In this document: positions 18,646-27,037 of the stretch, one piece after another
How the letters are laid out: every line of letters begins with the position of its first letter
Numbering within the stretch: position 1 is the first letter of the stretch
Notes under the pieces: generated by a model
What the model saw: only the letters and a program-made list of their open reading frames with translations
The model's database searches: none
What the model was told of the DNA's origin: nothing
Virus record (IMG/VR): IMGVR_UViG_3300045988_180880
Span: 64,001-128,000 of that record
From: a virus
Length of the DNA: 64,000 bases
Strand: one strand, 5' to 3'
Program-made: the position numbers and the translations under genes

Positions 18646-18833
18646 AAATTATTGAGGCTAGTATCAATACAAACTGATACTAGAAAATATCTTAAATTGC
18701 TGGAACAAAGTAGAAAATCAGCATCAAGCTGTTGTTTTATAATTAACAGCTTGTTCAACGACTATAGTAGATACTAAAGAATACTTATTTTAGATAATAT
18801 AGTCTTACTTTAAATAAAATTAAAGATGAATAG
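18646..18833 (+). mobile_element. Group I intron, type A, ORF-less
   Basis: AAATTGCTGGAAC / AAATCAGCATC / GTTCAACGACTAT / TAATATAGTCTTA, P9 hairpin, tail ATGAATAG. P1 CCTT/GAGG. Confidence 0.7.
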
Positions 18834-18862
18834 AATAACTTATTAGGTCTAGGATTAACCGT
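18834..18862 (+). CDS. rpoB: RNA polymerase beta exon 7 (29 nt)
   Basis: Encodes NNLLGLGLT(V). P1 AACCGT/GCGGTT with U.G. Confidence 0.6.
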
Positions 18863-19046
18863 AAACTATTTGCGGTTTTAAATTATATTAAAATGCTAGA
18901 ATATTTATAATAAATATATTAGCAAAATATCTTACCTTAGATTATATCTAAGAAAAAGATATTCTCAACGACTAAATATATAACTAAGTTTGAAATATAA
19001 TTTAGATGATATAGTCTGAACATAGATTAATAATAATCTAGTAACG
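18863..19046 (+). mobile_element. Group I intron, type A, ORF-less
   Basis: AAATGCTAGAAT / TTAGCAA / CTCAACGACTAA / GATATAGTCTGA, P9 hairpin, tail GTAACG. Confidence 0.7.
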
Positions 19047-19053
19047 TAATTGA
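19047..19053 (+). CDS. rpoB: RNA polymerase beta terminal exon (7 nt: 4 coding nt plus stop)
   Basis: GT + T AAT TGA gives ..TVN-stop. All three frames close within a few codons after the intron. Confidence 0.5.
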
Positions 19054-19165
19054 GTAGATGATAAAGGATTTAACCAAGGTGGATCAAGTCTGAAAAAGGA
19101 ATTGAATGACTTAAAGATTAAATTCCGTCGTAAAAATAACCTATTAAACATGGGAGGTAATTGAT

Positions 19166-19795
19166 ATGGAAAATAATAGCTGTTTAATGCTAAATTGCTC
19201 GCTTTATCTTCCAGTATCCTTATCTGCTATATTTAGTAGAGAAGATCTTAAAGATACTGGAATTGAAAATGAATCGCATATAACATTATTATATGCTCAA
19301 GGAAAAGAAATCCCTAAGATGAATATTCTTGGAGATATTGAAACTATTTTAGGGGAATCTGAATTTGATGATTTTATTGAATATATAAAATCTGAGAATA
19401 CTGAAAGAATCTTAGATAATTTTGAGATCGGATCTTTTGAGAATGATAGTGACTATATAGTGTTGAAAATGAAACAAACCAGTGAATTATACAAAACACT
19501 TGGATTAATTAATAAAGGATTAAGAACAAAATATGAAGTTGTTTCTGAGTATTCCTATACGCCTCATATATCCCTCGCTGAACTTCAACCAGGAACAGCA
19601 AGGAAATATCTCGAGGATCCTAAGATTAAATTAATTCTAGAAGAAAGTTTTGTATCATTCGAAGATCTTGTTATTTCCTATGGACCTAGTAATACGCCTG
19701 TAGATAGATTGAGATATAATCTAACTACATTTAATGCAATTGATTACTTCTTTCATACAGAAAATATGAGAAAAGAAAATTCAGAATTAGATTAA
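19166..19795 (+). CDS. 2H phosphoesterase superfamily protein (LigT / cyclic phosphodiesterase-like)
   Basis: Two H-x-T/S motifs: SHITLLY and TPHISLA. Confidence 0.65.
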   Translation: MENNSCLMLNCSLYLPVSLSAIFSREDLKDTGIENESHITLLYAQGKEIPKMNILGDIETILGESEFDDFIEYIKSENTERILDNFEIGSFENDSDYIVLKMKQTSELYKTLGLINKGLRTKYEVVSEYSYTPHISLAELQPGTARKYLEDPKIKLILEESFVSFEDLVISYGPSNTPVDRLRYNLTTFNAIDYFFHTENMRKENSELD

Positions 19796-19800
19796 ATTAA

Positions 19801-19866
19801 AATTCCTCAGTAAATAAATATTTTCTTCTACTTGGAGAATAATTTTGCTGAGGAATTGTTTTTATA
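19801..19866 (+). terminator. Long hairpin plus T-run (terminator-like)
   Basis: AATTCCTCAG..CTGAGGAATT followed by GTTTTTAT. Confidence 0.45.
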
Positions 19867-19875
19867 AAATTAACT

Positions 19876-20883
19876 ATGTCAAAAAAGTCAAAATGGTCAG
19901 AGTATAGTAGTATTGAAAAAGTTCAAGAATTCATAAATTCCAATAATATTAGCAGTAAAATAGATTTTAAAAATAAATATCAATCTTTATATACTAGAGC
20001 TAGACTAAATAATTGGTTAGATAATTTAAAATTTAAGATAATAAAAAGAAATGATCTATCTAAATTTGATAATATAGATTCAATAAGAGTATTTATAAAT
20101 AATAATATAAAAAGTAGAACAGAGTTTAAGAAAAAATATAATGGATTATATTGGAAATCTGTAAGAAGTGGTTGGATACATGATATAAAATTTGAAAAAG
20201 ATATGAAAGATTGGAGTTACTATGATAGTATAGTTAAGGTTCAAAATTTTATCTATTCAAATAATATTTTAAATCATGATCAATTTTCAAAAGAATATCC
20301 AGGATTATTAAGTAAATGTGATAGAAATAGATGGAGTATTTACTTAAATTATATAAATGGTAAGATTAATAACTGGAATAATATTAATTCTATTATAGAT
20401 GCACAAAATTTTATAAATATTAATAATATAAATAATAGAGAATTATTTACAAAAAACTTTAGTGGTTTATCTGATAAATGTTATAGAAATAATTGGATGA
20501 AGGATTTAATTTTCAAAGAAGATGGAATTAAATCTTGTTGGGAAATTAATCTTAAGATATTTCTAAAAAAGAATAATTATACTATAGAATCTGAAATAGT
20601 ATCATATTCAAATTATTCTAAGATTGATATTTTTATACCAGATCTAAACATAGCTATTGAAATTCAGGGTCCATACCATTTCCCAGTAATGGGAAAATTA
20701 GAGCAATATCTATTTCAAAGAAAATCTGATATAAAGAAAAATAGATGGTGTAGAGAGCAAGGAATTACTTTGTTATACTTTAGCTATGATAAACTATTAG
20801 TAGAAAAATATGGATATCCCTGGTATATTTACACATCAGAGAAAGAATTGTTGGCAGAAATAGAACGAATCAAATCCTTATAA
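19876..20883 (+). CDS. Free-standing endonuclease-like protein with four N-terminal tandem repeats
   Basis: Four ~47-aa repeats (W..Y.SI..vQ.FI..NNI....F...Y.GL......W). C-terminal IDIFIPDLNIAIEIQGPYH matches the Vsr/DUF559-type nuclease pattern. Confidence 0.55.
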   Translation: MSKKSKWSEYSSIEKVQEFINSNNISSKIDFKNKYQSLYTRARLNNWLDNLKFKIIKRNDLSKFDNIDSIRVFINNNIKSRTEFKKKYNGLYWKSVRSGWIHDIKFEKDMKDWSYYDSIVKVQNFIYSNNILNHDQFSKEYPGLLSKCDRNRWSIYLNYINGKINNWNNINSIIDAQNFININNINNRELFTKNFSGLSDKCYRNNWMKDLIFKEDGIKSCWEINLKIFLKKNNYTIESEIVSYSNYSKIDIFIPDLNIAIEIQGPYHFPVMGKLEQYLFQRKSDIKKNRWCREQGITLLYFSYDKLLVEKYGYPWYIYTSEKELLAEIERIKSL

Positions 20884-20911
20884 GTGTAGTAATAAACAAA
20901 ATATTAATATT

Positions 20912-21205
20912 ATGGAATCAGAAATTAAATTACCAAAGAAAGGAATTGTTGTTGGAGTTGAGTTAGAAAATCTTAATGAGTTTTTTAACCGAACTCAGCA
21001 TTCGATAGGAACTACAGGAAAGTTTGAGATTTTGAGTGAACTTGAAAAGAAAGTAAAGGGAGAAAAAATACGACACTTAACTGAATATGTTCTTATGAAA
21101 TATAAACCATTAGAAAGTATTGTATTTAGAATTTCTCGCTATATAAAAGGAGAAAATCAAGAGGAATACATAGTTTATTACAAATTCGAGGGATTTATTT
21201 CTTGA
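20912..21205 (+). CDS. Hypothetical protein
   Basis: ORF preceded by the CCTTATAAGTGTAG promoter-like motif. Confidence 0.5.
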   Translation: MESEIKLPKKGIVVGVELENLNEFFNRTQHSIGTTGKFEILSELEKKVKGEKIRHLTEYVLMKYKPLESIVFRISRYIKGENQEEYIVYYKFEGFIS

Positions 21206-21215
21206 AAATAAAATT

Positions 21216-21250
21216 AGAAGAAGGGATAATAATTAAATCCCTTCTTTTTT
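21216..21250 (+). terminator. Rho-independent terminator
   Basis: AGAAGAAGGGA..TCCCTTCTT followed by TTTTC. Confidence 0.65.
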
Positions 21251-21268
21251 CATGTCAAAGCCTTATAT

Positions 21269-21616
21269 GTGAATAAAAAACTTAAATATAGAAAATTTAT
21301 GAAAGCAGGAGGAGTAATAGCAACTATGATTGCTAGTTATTTAGCTGGAAAAGTTCTTTATGGAACAGGAAAAGCTATAAGTAGAGCTTTAGGTGGTTAT
21401 CCTAGTAAAGAAGTAGAAAAGAAAATTGATGCTCTTCAACCAAAACTAAATGTAATGTTTAAATTCTATGAATCAAAAAATAATACTTCTAAAGTATCAG
21501 ATCTTGAGAATCTTAATAAAAGACTCTCTAATGTTATTACTGAAGAGGATTATTTAGAAGTAGAGATTGAAGTGGAAAAGTTTTGGAATATTTATAAAAA
21601 AGAGCAGAAAAATTAA
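21269..21616 (+). CDS. Hypothetical membrane protein
   Basis: Hydrophobic segment GGVIATMIASYLAG. Probable start is the ATG at 21299, 26 nt after the CCTTATATGTGAA motif. Confidence 0.5.
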   Translation: MNKKLKYRKFMKAGGVIATMIASYLAGKVLYGTGKAISRALGGYPSKEVEKKIDALQPKLNVMFKFYESKNNTSKVSDLENLNKRLSNVITEEDYLEVEIEVEKFWNIYKKEQKN

Positions 21617-21652
21617 AAAAGAGAGGATTAATTTCCTCTCTTAATTTTTTAT
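21617..21652. terminator. Bidirectional terminator between convergent genes
   Basis: AAGAGAGGA..TCCTCTCTT flanked by an A-run and a T-run. Confidence 0.65.
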
Positions 21653-22776
21653 TTGTTTTCTATTAATTCTTTTGTTGCCTTTCTATGATAACCTTTCTTC
21701 TCAAATGCTTCAATAAAAATTCTTTTATGTATTGGATTTCCGGCCGCATCTTTTCCGTAGTATTGATTTCTCCAATGACCTCTTACACCAAAGGGACAAT
21801 CTATATTTATTTCAGTATCGTATAGTTTATCTACTATAATTACTCCTTGATTTCTTCGGCCAGTATTAGGATCTTCAAATTGTGTAGGTGGATTTTTTAC
21901 TTTTCCAGATAACACAGATTCAAATGTTTCAGTTTTTATTTCAGAAGTCATCAAAAATATAAAACTTTTAAATGATTCATAGATAAATCTGTATTTTATG
22001 CTAAATGATTCCTTAGCTTCAACCGAATATAAAGTTTGATTATAATTATTTTTAAAATATTTAATAAGATCATCTATAGTTTTATTATTTGATAATAAAT
22101 CTTCTTGACTATCTATTACCTCTTTATAGTAATCTTCTAATGTATCTGACCATCCTAATGAAGTAAACTCATTCATCATTTTTGAAGGAATACTTTTAAA
22201 AAATTTATCCAAACAATTAAACTGTTTACAAAGTTTGTATGAGTTAACAAATTCATCCATGCTATATAAACAACCTTCTAAGTTTAATTCAGAAAAATTT
22301 AATAAATCACTCTTTTTTATTACTACACTTCCTAATGAATTAAATGTTTTTTTATCATTGCCCATAATACACTTTCCAATAAATGCATATAGTATAATAT
22401 ATTCATTTGTTATACAAAAAATAGAGTGGGCATTATAGTCTGTTTCCTGTTTATCTTTCGTACTAGAATTATATATCAATCCAAATTTAGCTTTCTTTTC
22501 TGAATTTCTAAATAAGTCTTCTAAGTTCTTTTTACTGACTATATCTCTTAATTTGCTAGAAAATAGCCGTTCTTTATTAAGTGAATAAAATCGAATATAG
22601 TTTTGTATATTACTTGAAATTTTATATTTTCTTATAGGTCTGGGTTCTTTACTTACAACTTCAAAAAATACATTTTCAAATTCAGTAATATGTTTACGGT
22701 TCCTTCTAAAATTTTCTAAGCCTTCTTTTTGTAAAACATATTTTACTGCAAATAATTTCTCGTAATCTTTTTCCAT
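21649..22776 (-). CDS. Hypothetical protein
   Basis: 375-aa ORF with no motif recognised. Preceded by CCTTATTAATGTAA 25 nt upstream. Confidence 0.6.
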   Translation of the reverse strand: MEKDYEKLFAVKYVLQKEGLENFRRNRKHITEFENVFFEVVSKEPRPIRKYKISSNIQNYIRFYSLNKERLFSSKLRDIVSKKNLEDLFRNSEKKAKFGLIYNSSTKDKQETDYNAHSIFCITNEYIILYAFIGKCIMGNDKKTFNSLGSVVIKKSDLLNFSELNLEGCLYSMDEFVNSYKLCKQFNCLDKFFKSIPSKMMNEFTSLGWSDTLEDYYKEVIDSQEDLLSNNKTIDDLIKYFKNNYNQTLYSVEAKESFSIKYRFIYESFKSFIFLMTSEIKTETFESVLSGKVKNPPTQFEDPNTGRRNQGVIIVDKLYDTEINIDCPFGVRGHWRNQYYGKDAAGNPIHKRIFIEAFEKKGYHRKATKELIENK

Positions 22777-22823
22777 AATTTTTCTTTCTTTTAGTTTTTA
22801 TTACATTAATAAGGATTTTGGGG

Positions 22824-22860
22824 AAATAAAAAAAGAATATCCAAATTAATGAATATTCTT
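22824..22860 (-). terminator. Rho-independent terminator after the tRNA pair
   Basis: On the - strand: AAGAATAT..ATATTCTT followed by TTTTTTATTT. Confidence 0.6.
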
Positions 22861-22867
22861 TAAATAG

Positions 22868-22941
22868 TGGGCCCAGCCAGGCTTGAACTGACGACCTTCT
22901 GATTATGAGTCAGCTTCTCTAACCAACTGAGATATGGGCCC
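22868..22941 (-). tRNA. tRNA with CAU anticodon (Met, or Ile if lysidine-modified)
   Basis: Reverse complement GGGCCCATATCTCAGTTGGTTAGAGAAGCTGACTCATAATCAGAAGGTCGTCAGTTCAAGCCTGGCTGGGCCCA folds as a cloverleaf. The TPsiC arm is GGTCGTCAGTTCAAGCC. Confidence 0.9.
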
Positions 22942-22959
22942 TGTTATAATTATGTCTAG

Positions 22960-23050
22960 TATCGGGAGGGGAGCTCGAATCCCCACGGGTCTTATTTTTC
23001 TGCCCAAAACATTTTAAGTGTTTCTTGTCTACCTATTCCAACATCCCGAC
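22960..23050 (-). tRNA. tRNA-Leu (UAA) with long variable arm
   Basis: Reverse complement GTCGGGATGTTGGAATAGGTAGACA..CTTAAAA..GGGGATTCGAGCTCCCCTCCCGATA. Anticodon loop CTTAAAA. Extended variable arm. Confidence 0.85.
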
Positions 23051-23177
23051 ATCCTTTTTAGTTGTTATTGTGTCTTGATAGATTTTTTATTTTATTTCAG
23101 AATTTCTTCCTCCATAAAATTGATTTCCAGATTCTATAAATAATATCTTTCAATCTTTTCTATCATATATAAGAATT

Positions 23178-24566
23178 TCAGGGTTTCTGAGATTCCTCTT
23201 TTTCCTCAAGTTTAAAATTTCCTGCAGTACCATGTCCTAACGATAGTACTAACTTTACTGCCTCAGGACCTCTCATGTAGTAATATCCGTCTGGCGCAGG
23301 TTTTTCAGAATTTAAATTTTTACTAATACTTTTAGTAGAAATAACTGATTCCTTCTTTGCAGATGTAATTGAATTATATGCTCCAAGAACTCTTAATTTA
23401 TCTTTAGAAAATTTATATATTATATTCTCCATCTTTTTATGTAATTTCTCTTTGTCTCCAAGTTTAATACAAATATATTTTGTAGAAATTACATTACTAC
23501 TTAATAACCTATCTACTCTGGATCTTTTAATATTGTCTTTTCCAACTAGTTTCTGGATATCTCTCGAAAAACCAAAATTTAAAAAGTCTCCATATAGATC
23601 TGCTAATACTATTTTTTCTGATAATTTTTCCAGAGTATTTACATTATTCATATTTCCTTTTTGATCAGTAACTCTAAGATTAGAAAAACTATTATCTGTT
23701 TTTATTGTATTAATGTGATCAATTATTTCTCCCTTTTTTAAATTTCTTCTTAAGAGATATTCCATAATAACTGTATGCGCTTTAGTACTATTACTATCAA
23801 CTATAATATATCCTTTATTATTAAGTGTTCCTATTAATTTATTAAATCTATTTGATTTAATAAATCCTTCACTACACACAGACCATTGAGGATATTTCCA
23901 GTGTTCATACCAAGTATAGTCATCTAAGTTTCCAGAAAATCCTATAAGATCAAAAAACTTTTGATTATTTAATGATTCTTGTCGTTTCCAATAATATCCT
24001 TTATAGCTATATTGACTTTTTTTAGCAATCGAAGAAATGTAACGTATATCATATCCTTTACTATCTAAAGAATCTATTGTAAATAATTCATTTCCCTTTT
24101 TATCCATTGCAGTATATTTAATTCGTTTATCTTTATGAACTGGTAAGCGTCTATCTGGACTATTATTTTCACTTTTAGTAACCCATTCTAAGTTAGATAG
24201 GTTATTATTTCTTGGATTATGATCTATATGATTAACTATATTATATATTTTTGGTTCTGAATTATTATAGAAAATGGTAGCCATTATTATATGAATAGAT
24301 TTTGCTTTTCTTTTATGCTTTTCTATATATTGTGGAGAGATTGTAGTATATCCAAATTCATCTTGTTGTTGTTTTAATAGTTGTTTAGTGTATTTATTTC
24401 TAACTTCAGATTTTTTATTAATCTCATATATATCCTTAATACCTGGATATACTAATGGAATAAATTCATAGTCAGGGAGATCTGGATATTTTTGATCTTG
24501 GCGATTAAATGGTTTTTCTTTACACATAACAAAAATAGTTTCTAAATTAAACATCTTTTTCATCAC
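23178..24566 (-). CDS. Free-standing HNH endonuclease with two HNH_3-type domains
   Basis: NHIDHNPRNNNLSNLEWVT and IIDHINTIKTDNSFSNLRVT. Confidence 0.7.
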   Translation of the reverse strand: MMKKMFNLETIFVMCKEKPFNRQDQKYPDLPDYEFIPLVYPGIKDIYEINKKSEVRNKYTKQLLKQQQDEFGYTTISPQYIEKHKRKAKSIHIIMATIFYNNSEPKIYNIVNHIDHNPRNNNLSNLEWVTKSENNSPDRRLPVHKDKRIKYTAMDKKGNELFTIDSLDSKGYDIRYISSIAKKSQYSYKGYYWKRQESLNNQKFFDLIGFSGNLDDYTWYEHWKYPQWSVCSEGFIKSNRFNKLIGTLNNKGYIIVDSNSTKAHTVIMEYLLRRNLKKGEIIDHINTIKTDNSFSNLRVTDQKGNMNNVNTLEKLSEKIVLADLYGDFLNFGFSRDIQKLVGKDNIKRSRVDRLLSSNVISTKYICIKLGDKEKLHKKMENIIYKFSKDKLRVLGAYNSITSAKKESVISTKSISKNLNSEKPAPDGYYYMRGPEAVKLVLSLGHGTAGNFKLEEKEESQKP

Positions 24567-24637
24567 ACATATAAGAGAAAAAACTTAAATTTTACGTGTT
24601 TTGTAAGTTTCAAGTTTTAATAATATAAAATTCAAGT

Positions 24638-24678
24638 ATATAAAAATAAGAGAGGTAGAAAATGTATCTAACCTCTCT
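24638..24678 (-). terminator. Rho-independent terminator
   Basis: On the - strand: AGAGAGGT..ACCTCTCT followed by TATTTTTAT. Confidence 0.6.
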
Positions 24679-24686
24679 ATGTTATT

Positions 24687-24866
24687 TTACATAAAAATAT
24701 CTTGACCATTGATCTGTATTCTTATGTTTCCGAAGGGATTGCCTCCGATTATGCCGCTAGTTCCAGGGATTTCTTCAGGGATCACCTCTTCTATGACATT
24801 TTCATCATTAGTAATGATAGTTGGTAATTTTTCTTCGTCGACTGATTCTATTATTTCCTCTTCCAT
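24687..24866 (-). CDS. Small acidic protein (59 aa), missing from the ORF track
   Basis: ATG at 24866 and TAA at 24687-24689: MEEEIIESVDEEKLPTIITNDENVIEEVIPEEIPGTSGIIGGNPFGNIRIQINGQDIFM. Same strand as its neighbours, with a terminator directly after. Confidence 0.5.
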   Translation of the reverse strand: MEEEIIESVDEEKLPTIITNDENVIEEVIPEEIPGTSGIIGGNPFGNIRIQINGQDIFM

Positions 24867-24879
24867 AATTTATTCTCTA

Positions 24880-25383
24880 TTAAAACAATCCAAGTAAGTT
24901 AGTAATATCTCCTATATCTGTATTACTAATTTTTGTTCCTTCTACTTCTACTACTTCACCTTCTTGATTTACATATCTAGTGCCAGGGAAGACTATTTCT
25001 TTTTTCTGAATAGCTGCCTTGTACTCATAATTTTCAGTAGATTCTTTAAGTTTTTTTACCCAGTATTTAGCATAATCACCTTCTACTGCATCAGGATCAT
25101 ATGGTTCTTCAAATAATCCTTCTTTTGGTTGAGGGCATTCCATTTTTACTTTAATAACTGAGTCTTCATTTTCAGTATCAGTCATTTCATATTCCCAATA
25201 AAAGTAGTTTTTCTTTTTATTACTTTTATATGTACCTTCTGTCTTAAGGTCATCCCATATATTTTTAATAAGCTCCACAATATTAGTAGTACTTGCTTGT
25301 CCTGGAGTTAATAAAATCTGTTCTTGAACTAAAGCATTTTCAATAATAAATGCTTGTCCTTTAATTATTTTTGATTTACTCAT
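24880..25383 (-). CDS. Hypothetical protein
   Basis: 167-aa ORF with no motif recognised. Confidence 0.55.
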   Translation of the reverse strand: MSKSKIIKGQAFIIENALVQEQILLTPGQASTTNIVELIKNIWDDLKTEGTYKSNKKKNYFYWEYEMTDTENEDSVIKVKMECPQPKEGLFEEPYDPDAVEGDYAKYWVKKLKESTENYEYKAAIQKKEIVFPGTRYVNQEGEVVEVEGTKISNTDIGDITNLLGLF

Positions 25384-25401
25384 TGTTTATCAATTTTTTA
25401 T

Positions 25402-25497
25402 TTATTTATTTTCAGGTTCAAATTCCCAAGCTCTTCCATGACCTTGAGATAATATTAATTCAACTGCTTTATCTCCCCTATAACTTTTATGAAACAA
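25402..25497 (-). pseudogene. Remnant of an HNH endonuclease C-terminus
   Basis: The - strand reads ..HKSYRGDKAVELILSQGHGRAWEFEPENK-stop. It resembles the C-terminus of 23178-24566 (YMRGPEAVKLVLSLGHGTAGNFKLEEKE). No ATG. Confidence 0.45.
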
Positions 25498-25575
25498 TAA
25501 AAGAACACTAGATCGATCTATAAATATTTCTTTTATAAATTTTTCTAATGTTCTTTCATATATTAGGTTTTAACC
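25497..25575 (-). repeat. Promoter-like motif plus conserved hairpin element, copy 1
   Basis: The - strand reads CTAATATATGAAAGAACATTAG..loop..CTAGTGTTCTTTTATT. Copies at 36507 and 63131. Confidence 0.55.
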
Positions 25576-25595
25576 TTTCTCTAAGTGCATTTTTA

Positions 25596-26633
25596 TCATT
25601 TCATATTATCACTAGCTACTTTTTCAGCTAATCTTAAGTATGATATGCAATTATAGTATTCCGAGTCTTCCTCTGGATATACTATTTCAGATACACTAAA
25701 TATTTTATCTACTTCTTTTTCTACTTCAGGATCATGGAGATATTTTTTCATAAAATAACTTAATCCTCCTAAAACAATAATACCATCATCTAAAGCATCA
25801 AGTACCTCTCCATAATTTTTATCTAAATATTGAAAAACTTCGATAATATATTTTTTTGAAAACTCTTCAACTTGTCTAGATAAATCTATTGTTTTTCCTC
25901 TGCGTTTTAAAACTCCAGTATCTAAAATTACTTGGCCTTCTTTAATTGAAATTGATATCGAATAATTTTTATATAGATAATCAACGAGATCGTAAACTAT
26001 TCTAATTACGCCAGAATCTTTTACTCCTACAGCAGCACCTGCTGAAGAAGTACCGTTGATAATACTACAGAAATCTAAAGTTTCAAATCCTCCATCAAGT
26101 ATTAATGCATTTCTTAACTTAACATCATTACGTCTAGAAGCTTCACGAACATTTAACCCATATTCATTATAGGTATATTTACATGATAAGCCTTGGCAAA
26201 AACAATATATATAATCTTCTTTATTTATATTTAATGTTTCATATAAATAATCTAATAATTCATCTACGTTATCATTGGTATTAAAAGCCATTGATAAACC
26301 AATAGCTAATTTATCAAATGCATTTATTCCTTCATCTCCGCCATATTTTTTTATTAAATATGACAACCATGGGGCATAAACTGCTTTTAAATCTTCAAAA
26401 GTTTCGAGTTTAAGTAAATAAGATCTAGGTACTTTTAATGCTGCAGGTCCTAATACATAATAATCCCCTCCTAATGGAAATACCATATCATCATCACTTT
26501 CAAGTGGTTTTTCAGGGAGTTTTGCTGTTGCACTAATAAACTTTTCAAATTTTATTAAACCGTTGGAATCCTTAAAAGAACACTTAATAGCAGAGAAACC
26601 AACATCAACACTTAAAATTCTCAAATTGCTCAT
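25596..26633 (-). CDS. Actin-like ATPase (ParM/ASKHA family)
   Basis: LSVDVGFSAIK (phosphate 1), LILDGGFETLDF (phosphate 2, DxGxxT), IIVLGGLSYFM (adenosine). Confidence 0.65.
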   Translation of the reverse strand: MSNLRILSVDVGFSAIKCSFKDSNGLIKFEKFISATAKLPEKPLESDDDMVFPLGGDYYVLGPAALKVPRSYLLKLETFEDLKAVYAPWLSYLIKKYGGDEGINAFDKLAIGLSMAFNTNDNVDELLDYLYETLNINKEDYIYCFCQGLSCKYTYNEYGLNVREASRRNDVKLRNALILDGGFETLDFCSIINGTSSAGAAVGVKDSGVIRIVYDLVDYLYKNYSISISIKEGQVILDTGVLKRRGKTIDLSRQVEEFSKKYIIEVFQYLDKNYGEVLDALDDGIIVLGGLSYFMKKYLHDPEVEKEVDKIFSVSEIVYPEEDSEYYNCISYLRLAEKVASDNMK

Positions 26634-27037
26634 CTTTTATAATTTTCTAAAATTTGTTCGTAAGCCTTTATTATATTCTTATCAACTTTATACTTTTTAA
26701 GATCTCCTAGAACAGTATTAGTTAGGTAATCAAATGGTACATGTGGGAGAAGTGCAGTATATCCAGATGTAACCATACCAACTGAAAAGTGTTCTGTTGG
26801 TTGATTAAGTGCTACTATAACAATCTGAGTTAATCCTGACTCTCCCGTAGTATCTTTATAAGCAAATACTAAATCTCCAGCGAGTAATGAACTATGAATA
26901 CTAGCCCATAAATCATTTGCTACAGACATTGCATTATCCCATCCCCATACTCTTCTTTTCTCTAGAAATTCATAATCTTTTTCCGACATTTTTTCACTCT
27001 CCATCGGATTCGAGTTTTTCTTTGTCTTTTCCATCAC
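26630..27037 (-). CDS. Hypothetical protein
   Basis: ORF whose stop overlaps the ParM-like start. Confidence 0.5.
   Translation of the reverse strand: MMEKTKKNSNPMESEKMSEKDYEFLEKRRVWGWDNAMSVANDLWASIHSSLLAGDLVFAYKDTTGESGLTQIVIVALNQPTEHFSVGMVTSGYTALLPHVPFDYLTNTVLGDLKKYKVDKNIIKAYEQILENYKR

Noticed and set aside
3686-19053. Inteins, or naturally split RNAP subunit genes as in phiKZ/AR9-type phages, as an explanation for the fragmented beta'/beta ORFs.
   Set aside because: The interruptions contain in-frame stops and canonical ribozyme core sequences. Most downstream pieces lack start codons. Junctions restore motifs only at the RNA level.
24709-24897. + strand ORF 24709-24897.
   Set aside because: The opposite strand carries a better 59-aa ORF with an ATG, acidic composition, the same orientation as its neighbours and a terminator directly after.
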